Below, in pieces: positions 34,609-43,049 of a stretch of DNA of 64,000 nucleotides (positions are counted from its first letter, which is position 1; each line of letters begins with the position of its first letter). The stretch lies in the IMG/VR virus record IMGVR_UViG_3300024187_000007, positions 2,131-66,130 of that record, one strand, 5' to 3'. The notes below the pieces were generated by a model. It did no database searches, was not told where the DNA came from, and saw only the letters and a list, made by a program, of their open reading frames with translations. Origin of the DNA: a virus. Lineage: Duplodnaviria; Caudoviricetes. The translations under genes and the position numbers were made by a program.

Positions 34609-34650
34609 AGAACCTCCGGCCCTATTCTACCACAGAGGCCGTTTCGGGGC

Positions 34651-36546
34651 CTAGATGGACTTGACCTGAATCATGACCGATCCGCCGCGCAGGCCGGTCA
34701 GGGTGCCGCCCATTTTGACGGCAATGCGGTTGCCTGCCGCGAATTGGAGGGTCGCGGTCGTTCCGGTCAGGGTATAGGTCGTGACGGTGTTGTTGGCCGT
34801 GGCATTGCAGTCGTAACTGCCGGTGCCCAGCACGGTGCCGGCCCCGGGGGCCGTCGTGCCCGTGAGCTTCTCGACGTCAATGACGCAGCCCCCAGCGCCT
34901 TGGGCTGTCTGGTTAATCTTGATGGACGTCACTTGGTATGCCCGGTCGAGGATGAAGTTGCAATCCCCGCTCAGGGTGTTCGCATCGAGGCCTTCGCAGT
35001 AAATGACACGCGTGTTCGGGATGATGTTGCCGCCAACCGTCAGCTTGTCCAGATCGGTGACGGCCGCGGTCTGACCGGCGGCTACGGTCAGACCGAGGTT
35101 GGCTGAGAGTAGGCCGGAGAATGTCCCAGAGGTCGCGGTCAGCGCCGTCATGCTGACCGTGCTGCTAAAGGCTCCGGTCGTAGCCGTCAGGGCGGTCATG
35201 GAGACGGTGCTACTGAACGCACCTGTAGTCGCGGACAGGCCGGCGGCCAAGGTGCCCGCGCCATTCTTGTCGACACTGAACTTGGAGACCCCAGCGATCT
35301 GGAGGTCTTCCAGCAGTGCGCCGGCGGACGAGTTCGTGTTGGTGACGTTGACCTTCAGCGCCGTGAAGGCGACACCCGCATTGTTCCATGTCTGGGTGAA
35401 CAGCCACGGGGTGTCTGCGACAATCGTCCCAGAGGCAAAACTCGACGAGCCGGCCGTCACAATGCCCTGGGCGTTAACCGTGACCAAAGGGTAGGTACCG
35501 GCCGTCACACCCGAGGTCGGGAAGTCGGCGTTGACCAGCGCGCGGAAGGCCGGTGCCACCGCACCGCCGCTTGTTGGACCAGCGAAGATCGTGTTGGCCG
35601 TCTGATTGGCTGCGGTCACCGCCAGCGTGCCGGAGGTCGTCACTGGACTGCCAGACACCGACAGAAACGCCGGTACCGACAGAGCCACGGATGTGACCGT
35701 CCCAGCCCCGGTGACCATGGACTGGGTAATGGTCGTCGCAGCCCACGCCGCGCCGTTCCACATGGGAACTTGGTTCGCCGAGGCTCCGTTCTGCGCCCAC
35801 CGGTTGAACAACAGCGTGGCCGCGGCCAGATCACCGGTCACCACTGATCCAGTCAGACTCAACTTGGCATATGTAATGCCGGCCCCACCAGCGATGTCCG
35901 CGTTGACAATACTGTTGCTCAGAGCCAACTTCGAGTAGGCAATGGCGGCCGAGGCCGAGATCTGCGCGTTGGCAATGTTCGCCAGCTGGGCCAGCGGCAC
36001 GGTGCCTGAGGCCAAGTTGGACGCGTTCAAATTGGTCAGGTTGACACCACTAATGGCTGGGAGCGTGCCTGTCAGGTTGGCAGCCGTCAGGCTGGTCAGC
36101 CCGGAACCGTCGGTGCCCCACGCGGCGTCGGTGCCGTTGGAGACAAACACGGTGTGATTCGCCCCGACGGTCAGGGCAGCCCACTTAGGTGTCGAGTTGG
36201 CGACAATGACGGATCCACGGACCGGACTGCCCGTGAGCGTATCCGGGTGCGTCGTGGACAGCAGGTTGTGCGGTGTGACGCCGCCGCCCGCGCCGGCGAT
36301 CAGGCCGCCGTTGAAGTAGAGGTTGCCCGACGTGTCCGCATAGATGCGATAGGTTGTGATCGACGGGATGGCCGAGTTCGTCACCCGCAGGTCGGCGAAG
36401 GTGTTCGTGGTCGTCCAGCTATTGCCTCCCACGCGGGTCAGCAGTTGCAGGACCTGATTGCTGAGCGTGCCCTGCGCGCCCAACGGGATATAGCCGATCC
36501 CGATGACCAGCGCCGCGGTAATAACCAGTCGTTTGATCCAGTGCAT
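34651..36546 (-). CDS. fibre-like protein with N-terminal signal peptide
   Basis: MHWIKRLVITAALVIGIGYIPLGA|Q; body has fibre repeats (GTVTSVALSVP..SGSPVTTSGTL; ATTGAFSSTVSMTALT x2) and a Cys-containing C-terminal domain. Confidence 0.75.
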   Translation of the reverse strand: MHWIKRLVITAALVIGIGYIPLGAQGTLSNQVLQLLTRVGGNSWTTTNTFADLRVTNSAIPSITTYRIYADTSGNLYFNGGLIAGAGGGVTPHNLLSTTHPDTLTGSPVRGSVIVANSTPKWAALTVGANHTVFVSNGTDAAWGTDGSGLTSLTAANLTGTLPAISGVNLTNLNASNLASGTVPLAQLANIANAQISASAAIAYSKLALSNSIVNADIAGGAGITYAKLSLTGSVVTGDLAAATLLFNRWAQNGASANQVPMWNGAAWAATTITQSMVTGAGTVTSVALSVPAFLSVSGSPVTTSGTLAVTAANQTANTIFAGPTSGGAVAPAFRALVNADFPTSGVTAGTYPLVTVNAQGIVTAGSSSFASGTIVADTPWLFTQTWNNAGVAFTALKVNVTNTNSSAGALLEDLQIAGVSKFSVDKNGAGTLAAGLSATTGAFSSTVSMTALTATTGAFSSTVSMTALTATSGTFSGLLSANLGLTVAAGQTAAVTDLDKLTVGGNIIPNTRVIYCEGLDANTLSGDCNFILDRAYQVTSIKINQTAQGAGGCVIDVEKLTGTTAPGAGTVLGTGSYDCNATANNTVTTYTLTGTTATLQFAAGNRIAVKMGGTLTGLRGGSVMIQVKSI

Positions 36547-36555
36547 GAGATCCTC

Positions 36556-37218
36556 TTAGGCTTGATACCCGTAGCCGGCAGGGACCGTCACAGGGGTCGT
36601 CGTGTCGGTACAGGCTTGCCCGCCACCTGCCGGTGTGGGAAACGGCAGACAGGCTGTGGCATAGGTGACTAACAGGTAGTACCAATCGACAAAGTACTGG
36701 TTGATGTAGGGATGTCCCGAGGGAACGGCTTGCATCTCCAAGCTGAACTCTGTCGCCTGCAACAGATCGGGCGTCCAGAGACCGCCACCCGGTTCGGTGA
36801 GCATCTCCGGCCCCTGCTGCGTCACGAACACTTGACTGGCCAAGGAGATATCCCACAGCGTCGTCAGGTTGGTGTTCGACGGCCGCTCGGCAGTCGCTCT
36901 TACCGGTACTGGTGCCGTGTCAGCGACCGTAATCGGATTCCGGCGATGCTGCGCCACAGCGGTCACCGAGAGAATCGTACCACCGGCCACTAAGAGCGCC
37001 AACTCAGCCATGTTGGCGGCGTTCGGGGCAAATCGGAGGCGTGGCTGCACCACCTGCGACGATTGTGCCGAACAGACCTGCCCATCGCCAGCGGCAAAGA
37101 CGGCACGTCCATAGTCGAAAAACGTCGCAGCCCACAAGCCACTAGTCCGGCCTTGATCACCGGGTGGAATGCCACCGAATTGGTTATCCCATGCGAACGG
37201 GAGATTATACGTCGGCAC
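36556..37218 (-). CDS. putative virion structural protein
   Basis: Beta-rich; located in the tail/fibre module. Confidence 0.55.
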   Translation of the reverse strand: MPTYNLPFAWDNQFGGIPPGDQGRTSGLWAATFFDYGRAVFAAGDGQVCSAQSSQVVQPRLRFAPNAANMAELALLVAGGTILSVTAVAQHRRNPITVADTAPVPVRATAERPSNTNLTTLWDISLASQVFVTQQGPEMLTEPGGGLWTPDLLQATEFSLEMQAVPSGHPYINQYFVDWYYLLVTYATACLPFPTPAGGGQACTDTTTPVTVPAGYGYQA

Positions 37219-37224
37219 AGCAGA

Positions 37225-38346
37225 TTACCGCGGAAAACAGATCCCCGTGACTTTGTCTCCAGCCGTGAACGATCCAATCAGGTCGGTGTGGGTCGTATCC
37301 ACAGGCGTCGTCCGCACCGCCACCGTGGTCGTGCTGTCATTGGCGGAGCAATCATATTCAGTGGGCGCGGCGACGGTAAACGCCACCCGGCACTGCGATC
37401 CGGATGTGGCTCCCACGGTAATCACAAAGGCATTGTTATTTCCGGCAATAGTCGCGGCGGTGGTCCCGCACGAGTTCGCGCCGACGTTCGCAACGGCCAT
37501 GCCCGAGCCGTTGGACTGATAGGTCGGACCTGACAGAACCCCTCCAGAGGTCAATGTCATTTGCGTCGTCCACGAGGACGCACTGTTGATGGTGTCTCGG
37601 AACAGCAGCGACGAGGTAGTGGTCCCGGCGACTGTGACGGGGACATTCTGGAGTGCCCACCGGTCAGTCTCAGCCGCCGCACCGCTGCTGTTCCACGCGG
37701 ACCCGTCCAGCGTCAGCATGGGCGACCGCTGTACGGTTACGCCCGCTGTTGCGACAGGCACACCGCTGACGAGCGCATCCCCAACAACATCCGTGGCCTC
37801 AACGCCGTGTGTGATGTCGCTGACACGAAATACGGAATGGGTCCATGCGCCGTTCCCGGTGATGGCCAAGAGTTTCGCGTCACACACCCCAGACGCGGTG
37901 TTGCAAAACCAGAAGGCTTGATCACCGCCGGCAACGGTAGCGAAGCTGGTCTTCTCTGCGTAAAACAACATCGCAGGCCACGTGGTCTGGATGTTTGAGA
38001 ACGCCCCGAGCGTCATCGCCGCTTGTGTGGGGGTCGCGGACTGATCCCAACCGTACAGAATCTGTCCGTAGCCGTCACCTTGAGAATTGTTGCCCTGCTG
38101 GCCAAGGAGGTTGTTAGTGGACCCGGCCCGGAATGTGAACCAGTACGCGTCGTTTTTGAATGTCTGGGCACCGGTCCACGTCTGCGCACCGGTCCATGTA
38201 TGCGCACTCACCACAAAGGAACGCAGTGCGGCTTGGATCTGTGCCGAGTAGGGGCCACTCTGGGCGAACACAGGAGAGAATGTCGCTATGTTCAGGATCA
38301 TTGCCACCACAAGGGCAGCACCCACAACTTTGATCCAACGCGTCAT
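37225..38346 (-). CDS. fibre-like protein with N-terminal signal peptide
   Basis: MTRWIKVVGAALVVAMILNIATFSPVFA|Q; HTWTGAQTWTGAQTF fibre repeat; six Cys. Confidence 0.72.
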   Translation of the reverse strand: MTRWIKVVGAALVVAMILNIATFSPVFAQSGPYSAQIQAALRSFVVSAHTWTGAQTWTGAQTFKNDAYWFTFRAGSTNNLLGQQGNNSQGDGYGQILYGWDQSATPTQAAMTLGAFSNIQTTWPAMLFYAEKTSFATVAGGDQAFWFCNTASGVCDAKLLAITGNGAWTHSVFRVSDITHGVEATDVVGDALVSGVPVATAGVTVQRSPMLTLDGSAWNSSGAAAETDRWALQNVPVTVAGTTTSSLLFRDTINSASSWTTQMTLTSGGVLSGPTYQSNGSGMAVANVGANSCGTTAATIAGNNNAFVITVGATSGSQCRVAFTVAAPTEYDCSANDSTTTVAVRTTPVDTTHTDLIGSFTAGDKVTGICFPR

Positions 38347-38350
38347 GGAG

Positions 38351-38953
38351 TTAGACCTTTTTCCCGATACCATGGACAACCTCAAACGGCCGATTCGCGG
38401 CCATGATTGCAACACCGCCGGGGTTGACCCCGGTCGGCTCTGGACTCAAATCGTCACCGGCCAGATCTGTCGGCGCGTCGTCCCCGTCGGCTTCTTGCCA
38501 CGCTTTGGCCGTCATGATGGGGCGGCCGTGGGTGACCATCACGATGGTCTTGGTCGAGTGGTAGAACGGCAGCAGGAACCCGATGAACCGCTTGGCGAAG
38601 ACCTCAAAGGACTCGCCTCCGGGGACGGCCTTTGATGGGGTCTTCATCATGTAGTACTCGACCGCGGGAGCCACGTCCTTGATCCGCTGGCCGGCAAAGT
38701 CGCCGAGGTTCCACGTGGCCAACCCTGTGGTCGTCGTGACGTCGGCCCCGGTCACCTTGGCAATCTCGTCGGCCATCAGCCGCGTTCGCTTGGAGCTGTC
38801 CGTGTAGATGTGATCGACCGCGATGCCCTTGAAGTAGCGAGCCGTATCCTTGGCAATCTGCACCCCCTCCGGAGGCACCGGCGGATCCAGCTGGCCGCGG
38901 ACTTTGCCGGCTTTGTTCAGCTTGGTCGGAGGGTGCCTGACCAGGATGATCAT
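38351..38953 (-). CDS. histidine phosphatase (phosphoglycerate mutase-like) family protein
   Basis: LVRHP (RHG-like), RGQLDPP, SSKRT, GGES, VTHG. Confidence 0.88.
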   Translation of the reverse strand: MIILVRHPPTKLNKAGKVRGQLDPPVPPEGVQIAKDTARYFKGIAVDHIYTDSSKRTRLMADEIAKVTGADVTTTTGLATWNLGDFAGQRIKDVAPAVEYYMMKTPSKAVPGGESFEVFAKRFIGFLLPFYHSTKTIVMVTHGRPIMTAKAWQEADGDDAPTDLAGDDLSPEPTGVNPGGVAIMAANRPFEVVHGIGKKV

Positions 38954-38964
38954 GGGCCTCGCCC

Positions 38965-39435
38965 TTAGTACACCGGCTGCGCGATACGGCCCTTGACCTG
39001 CACCGCGCCAGCATCGTTCGCCAGCTTGGATACGGCATTGCGGTTGAGCAGCGTCAGATGGAGCTTGCCAGCCTTGTCGGCGTCGAAGTAGGGGATATCC
39101 AGCCCGTCGATGTAGTACTGGAAGTCACCCGTGCCGGCCTTCTGAACGGCGTCGCCGGCCACAAACGTCCAGCGACCAATCCAGTTGGAGCCGGCCGCCG
39201 TGACAGCTGCGGTCAGGGTCGAATGGGTCGCGGACTGCCAGAGCCAGAGTTCCCAGTCGAGGTTCTGGATGCTGACAATCGTGAGGGACTTGATCGTCCC
39301 CCACGCCGTCCCGTTGATGCCTTGCAGCGTTGGCGGCAGAAGGAAGTCCAGATCGACGCCGGCGTTCTGGGCTAGTGCCCCCCTGAACTGGGTCGACGGA
39401 TCGGTGCCGAAGCTGTATTCGTAGACAGCGGACAT
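38965..39435 (-). CDS. putative virion structural protein
   Basis: Beta-rich 156 aa in the morphogenesis operon. Confidence 0.55.
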   Translation of the reverse strand: MSAVYEYSFGTDPSTQFRGALAQNAGVDLDFLLPPTLQGINGTAWGTIKSLTIVSIQNLDWELWLWQSATHSTLTAAVTAAGSNWIGRWTFVAGDAVQKAGTGDFQYYIDGLDIPYFDADKAGKLHLTLLNRNAVSKLANDAGAVQVKGRIAQPVY

Positions 39436-39445
39436 GGGCTACCTC

Positions 39446-39670
39446 TTACTTGACGGCGTCAGGCGTCATGCCCCCGCGCTTGATCGGCCCAGTGAGCTTC
39501 GGGTCGCCGGCGACGTTGTCGCGGTAGACCTCGGGCAGGAGGCCACCCTCACGCTGAGGCAGGTTGATGCCCTTTTCCATGTCGTAGGTCTTGTTGCTGG
39601 AGCCGCGCTGGGGGACGGTCGACTTGCCGATGGCGTCCTTGAACGGGCTGTTTTTGATGACACTGGCCAT
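39446..39670 (-). CDS. small hypothetical protein
   Basis: AGGAG RBS; operon packing. Confidence 0.6.
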   Translation of the reverse strand: MASVIKNSPFKDAIGKSTVPQRGSSNKTYDMEKGINLPQREGGLLPEVYRDNVAGDPKLTGPIKRGGMTPDAVK

Positions 39671-39672
39671 GA

Positions 39673-40149
39673 TTAGATCTCCTTGGCTACTGGACCTTTG
39701 CGGTTCAGTGCCCTGATTCGATTATACGCATCTTGTCTGCAGGCAGCAACCTCTGGAGGCATAGGGTTCTTTTTGCACCAGCGGCCACGTTTGTTTGTGT
39801 TCCACCCAGCCTCACCATCCCACGTGTCAATGACAATCTCTGCCTGTAGACGTTTTCCGACAAGGTACGGAAGAACCTGCTTCAGTAACTTGACCCCATC
39901 CAATCCCCTCCAGTGAACTAACCATGTAGGCTTCTGACGATCGGGGTGGCGGTTGTAGAAGTACTCACCAAACGGTACATCTACGTTATCCCTAATCCAC
40001 TGAACCAGCAACTCGTTGGTATTTGCAAATTGTACAAAAGGCCTTACAAAATAACCAGTTGTGCCATCTGCTTTTTTTGGGCCGGACAGAGATATAGTAC
40101 CCTCTCCGTCAATTAAACCTGCAAGATAAGCAAGGTGTTCGGACGTCAT
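39673..40149 (-). mobile_element. free-standing LAGLIDADG homing endonuclease
   Basis: HLAYLAGLIDGEGTI motif, VQFANTN..L; segment clearly more AT-rich than flanks. Confidence 0.88.
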
Positions 40150-40187
40150 GCCAAACAGCGTACCACGCCTGCAAAGTTTTGTCAACC

Positions 40188-41114
40188 CTACACAGCATGA
40201 CTTTGTAAAAAGTTCGCGCTGAGCGGTGCCCACGGCCAGCCGTACCAGTCGGTGTCGGACAGCCATGTCATGTAGATTTCTTCGTCTTGGCGTTCCAAGT
40301 CGACCATCTTATCCTCGAACTCGGCGAGGTAGGACCGGCGGTTGTATTCGGCGTTTGGCCCGGACGCCATGAGGTTTGGCTGATCGGCGACCCCCGGCCA
40401 TCGACACAGATCCGCCAAGGCCCGGCTGACGATGACGTCCGATCGGATCGGCCAGATGGGCGTGTCCGTGTCGTTGACGAGGTCGGCCGCCTGCTTGGTG
40501 TAGAAATAGCTGACCACCCGCTGGGACGTCGAATACGGCCATGCCTCGTACTGGACCACGCCAGAGCTATTGTACCGGCGGTCGACCAACGCGTAGGGCA
40601 GGCCGAAGAAGTTGCGCTGCGGATCCCACCGCAGCAGCTGGTCTTGGGTCACCCAGTGGCGGAGCTTGTAACCGGTCTGCGGGTCGACCGCCACAATCAA
40701 CTTCTTGAAGTCCGTCGGCATCGTGACGTAGCCGTCGAAGATCGTAAAGCTCAGCCCCGAGGCCGAGGCAATCCCGATGGCTAAATCCGTCGTCAGGGTC
40801 TGCAGGCCGACGTCAACCGCGGTGATGGTGTAGATAGGTGACCCCACCCCGGCCTTGAACTGACGGCCGACGTCAGTTGACGCAAACGTCGTCCCGCTGC
40901 CCGTGACGGTGGTCGAGTTGTTGACGACTGTCACCGTGCCGGTGGTCTTCTGGTTCTGGAAGAGGATCTGATTCTCGGCCCGTAGCCCGGACCACGGCCT
41001 CCGGTCACAAATCTGCCGATAGGCGTCCCGGATGAACTGCTGAGCGAGAAAAATGTCAAGGCTCGGACAATAAAGCCTGAGCGACCTTGACATCTCAAGG
41101 AAGTTATTGGCCAT
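40188..41114 (-). CDS. head-tail adaptor/ring protein (largest paralogue, with beta-rich insert)
   Basis: AQQFIRDAYRQIC..RPWS...Y.MP.DF...YEAWP...Y.Y pattern; insert GTVTV.NNSTTVTGSGTTF. Confidence 0.65.
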   Translation of the reverse strand: MANNFLEMSRSLRLYCPSLDIFLAQQFIRDAYRQICDRRPWSGLRAENQILFQNQKTTGTVTVVNNSTTVTGSGTTFASTDVGRQFKAGVGSPIYTITAVDVGLQTLTTDLAIGIASASGLSFTIFDGYVTMPTDFKKLIVAVDPQTGYKLRHWVTQDQLLRWDPQRNFFGLPYALVDRRYNSSGVVQYEAWPYSTSQRVVSYFYTKQAADLVNDTDTPIWPIRSDVIVSRALADLCRWPGVADQPNLMASGPNAEYNRRSYLAEFEDKMVDLERQDEEIYMTWLSDTDWYGWPWAPLSANFLQSHAV

Positions 41115-41132
41115 GTTGTCCGAGCCTCGTGG

Positions 41133-41957
41133 TTAGTTCGTGGTCGAGCAGCCGGTGGCCAGTGATCCTGACCCGTAGTTGATGCCTTCCAGCCAGATGG
41201 CCGTGGCGCTCTGCACCGTGGCCCTCAGCTTCGTGCCGATGACACCGCCGGTGGTCGTGCCGTTGGTCTTGTACGCGATGTGGGTCGATCCGTTGCAGAC
41301 GTCCGCACGTGACGTCGCCGTGGCCGACAGTTCGATCGGCACACCAGACAAAAAGTGCGCCGCGTTGCCACTTTCAATCTCATGCGAGTTCGAGGTGACT
41401 GACGTCGTGACAACGAAGTCGTAGGTACAGCCAGCGGCTGGTAGCGTCGAAGGCAGGATGTAGACCACCCCGGTGGCCGCGTCCAAGTTGAACGCCCCGC
41501 CGCACTGCGCGGCCGTGAGCGTCACCGGCGAGCCACCGAGCGACGCGCTCGACACCGGAATCGCCATGGTCGCCGACAGGCCTGAACTGACCGCCGGAGC
41601 CGTCATCGTCGTGCCGTCCGTGCCGGCCAACGTGATGCTATTGCTGACCGTGAAGGTCTTGCCGGCCGCGATGGACAGCACAAACGCGTCGCCACCCTGC
41701 AGTGTGCCGCTGTTGCTCACGGTGAGCGTCTTGTTCGCGGCAATCGCCAGCGTGTTGCCGTCACCGCCGGCGATGGTGCTGGACGACGTGGTCGTCAGCG
41801 TCTTGCCCGCGCCGAGGGTCAGCGTACCGGTGCCCGTGGTGATGGTGTTCCCGTTGATGGTACCGCCACCACCGATATTCTGGGCCTTGACGCTGGGAAA
41901 CGGGATGGCCAACGCCAACGCCACTGCCAGGGTCAGGCCATAAAGGTACTTCTTCAT
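41133..41957 (-). CDS. head-fibre-like protein with N-terminal signal peptide
   Basis: MKKYLYGLTLAVALALAIPFPSVKA|Q; Thr/Gly-rich repeats (AxKTLTVSNS); C-terminal TLTAAQ.G..F.LD...LP...G..YDF domain with four Cys. Confidence 0.72.
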   Translation of the reverse strand: MKKYLYGLTLAVALALAIPFPSVKAQNIGGGGTINGNTITTGTGTLTLGAGKTLTTTSSSTIAGGDGNTLAIAANKTLTVSNSGTLQGGDAFVLSIAAGKTFTVSNSITLAGTDGTTMTAPAVSSGLSATMAIPVSSASLGGSPVTLTAAQCGGAFNLDAATGVVYILPSTLPAAGCTYDFVVTTSVTSNSHEIESGNAAHFLSGVPIELSATATSRADVCNGSTHIAYKTNGTTTGGVIGTKLRATVQSATAIWLEGINYGSGSLATGCSTTN

Positions 41958-42011
41958 TGGAGTCCTGTAAGAAACGGACGAGATAGGGTTGCCCCCATCT
42001 CGTCCAAAGGG

Positions 42012-42464
42012 TTAGCGGCCTGTGGCCCGGCCCGGAACAGTGACAGCACTAAGGTTGGTCGTGGCCGCGACCTCGACAAGACTGGACGGCACACCGACAA
42101 GACCAAAGGTCGCGCCAGGGATCGTCCGCGTGGTCGCTGTGGTTTTGCCGAGGACGCCGGCATTGCTGTCGGGCGTAATCTGCAGTGCCGGCCCAGCGGA
42201 CTGGCCGCCGGTGACGGTGACGTTCGGAAGGTTCCCGCCGTCGACGTAGAACTTGACCTTGCCGGTTGCTACGACGTATTCAAGGACGTAGCCTGAGCCG
42301 TTGCCAAATTCCCAGAAGTCGACGACCCCCAGCCCGACTTGGGCTGGGGTGACGGCATACCCACCGGTAGGGTAGGAACTGTCGCCAGTGATGCTGAAGT
42401 TGGTGGCCCGCTTGCTGCCAACCGACTCCAGCCAATCGCCGGAGAGGGTGATTGTCGCTGCCAT
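42012..42464 (-). CDS. capsid decoration/cement-like protein
   Basis: GDSSYPTGGY motif; follows the capsid genes. Confidence 0.55.
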   Translation of the reverse strand: MAATITLSGDWLESVGSKRATNFSITGDSSYPTGGYAVTPAQVGLGVVDFWEFGNGSGYVLEYVVATGKVKFYVDGGNLPNVTVTGGQSAGPALQITPDSNAGVLGKTTATTRTIPGATFGLVGVPSSLVEVAATTNLSAVTVPGRATGR

Positions 42465-42473
42465 GTGCTCTCC

Positions 42474-43037
42474 TTAGATCAGGTTGCCGAACAGCCAGTT
42501 GGCCAGCACAAGGTTGGCTGACGCCGTCCCGTAGGCAATGGCGAACGGAATGTTCGTCACGGTGCTGCCCGCGGCGATCGTCGCCAGCTGACCGTCCGTG
42601 GTCGAACCGAACAGCATGTCGCCGGCGGACGTCGCGTCCTTCGAGCCGATGCTCTGGAGACCGCCGATCTGGATGAAGCAATAGTTCTCGTCCGTGACCG
42701 CACCGAGGAAGGCTCCGGCCACGGCGTTGACGGCCGCCTGCGTGTCGGTCTGATCCGAGACGACCACCGCGTTGGCGCGGTCGTTCCAGTAGGCCACGAA
42801 GCCGGCACTGGTCGTGACCGAGGCCGTGACCTTGTGCTTCTTCACCAGCCGGTAGACCTTACCGCTGTCCTCGATGACGGCCCCGAGACCGCCACCGATG
42901 CCAAACGTGCTGGACGATCCCGCTGCCTGCGGAATGTCGAACGGCAGCGTCGACTGATTGAAGGTGGCAATGGCCCCGGTGACACCGAGGTGGACTGCCT
43001 GAACCGGGAAGAACCGAGCGGAAAGTGTATTGGCCAT
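42474..43037 (-). CDS. capsid decoration protein
   Basis: G..YRLVK...AG...YW...GAV...YCFIQIGG pattern; directly after the MCP. Confidence 0.6.
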   Translation of the reverse strand: MANTLSARFFPVQAVHLGVTGAIATFNQSTLPFDIPQAAGSSSTFGIGGGLGAVIEDSGKVYRLVKKHKVTASVTTSAGFVAYWNDRANAVVVSDQTDTQAAVNAVAGAFLGAVTDENYCFIQIGGLQSIGSKDATSAGDMLFGSTTDGQLATIAAGSTVTNIPFAIAYGTASANLVLANWLFGNLI

Positions 43038-43049
43038 GTATCTTCTCCC

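Noticed and set aside
34651-38346. Diversity-generating retroelement acting on the fibre genes
   Set aside because: No reverse transcriptase and no TR/VR pair differing at adenines was seen
21900-40270. Group I introns hosting the two LAGLIDADG genes
   Set aside because: Flanking genes are complete and translationally packed against the HEGs; no room or recognisable P7 core
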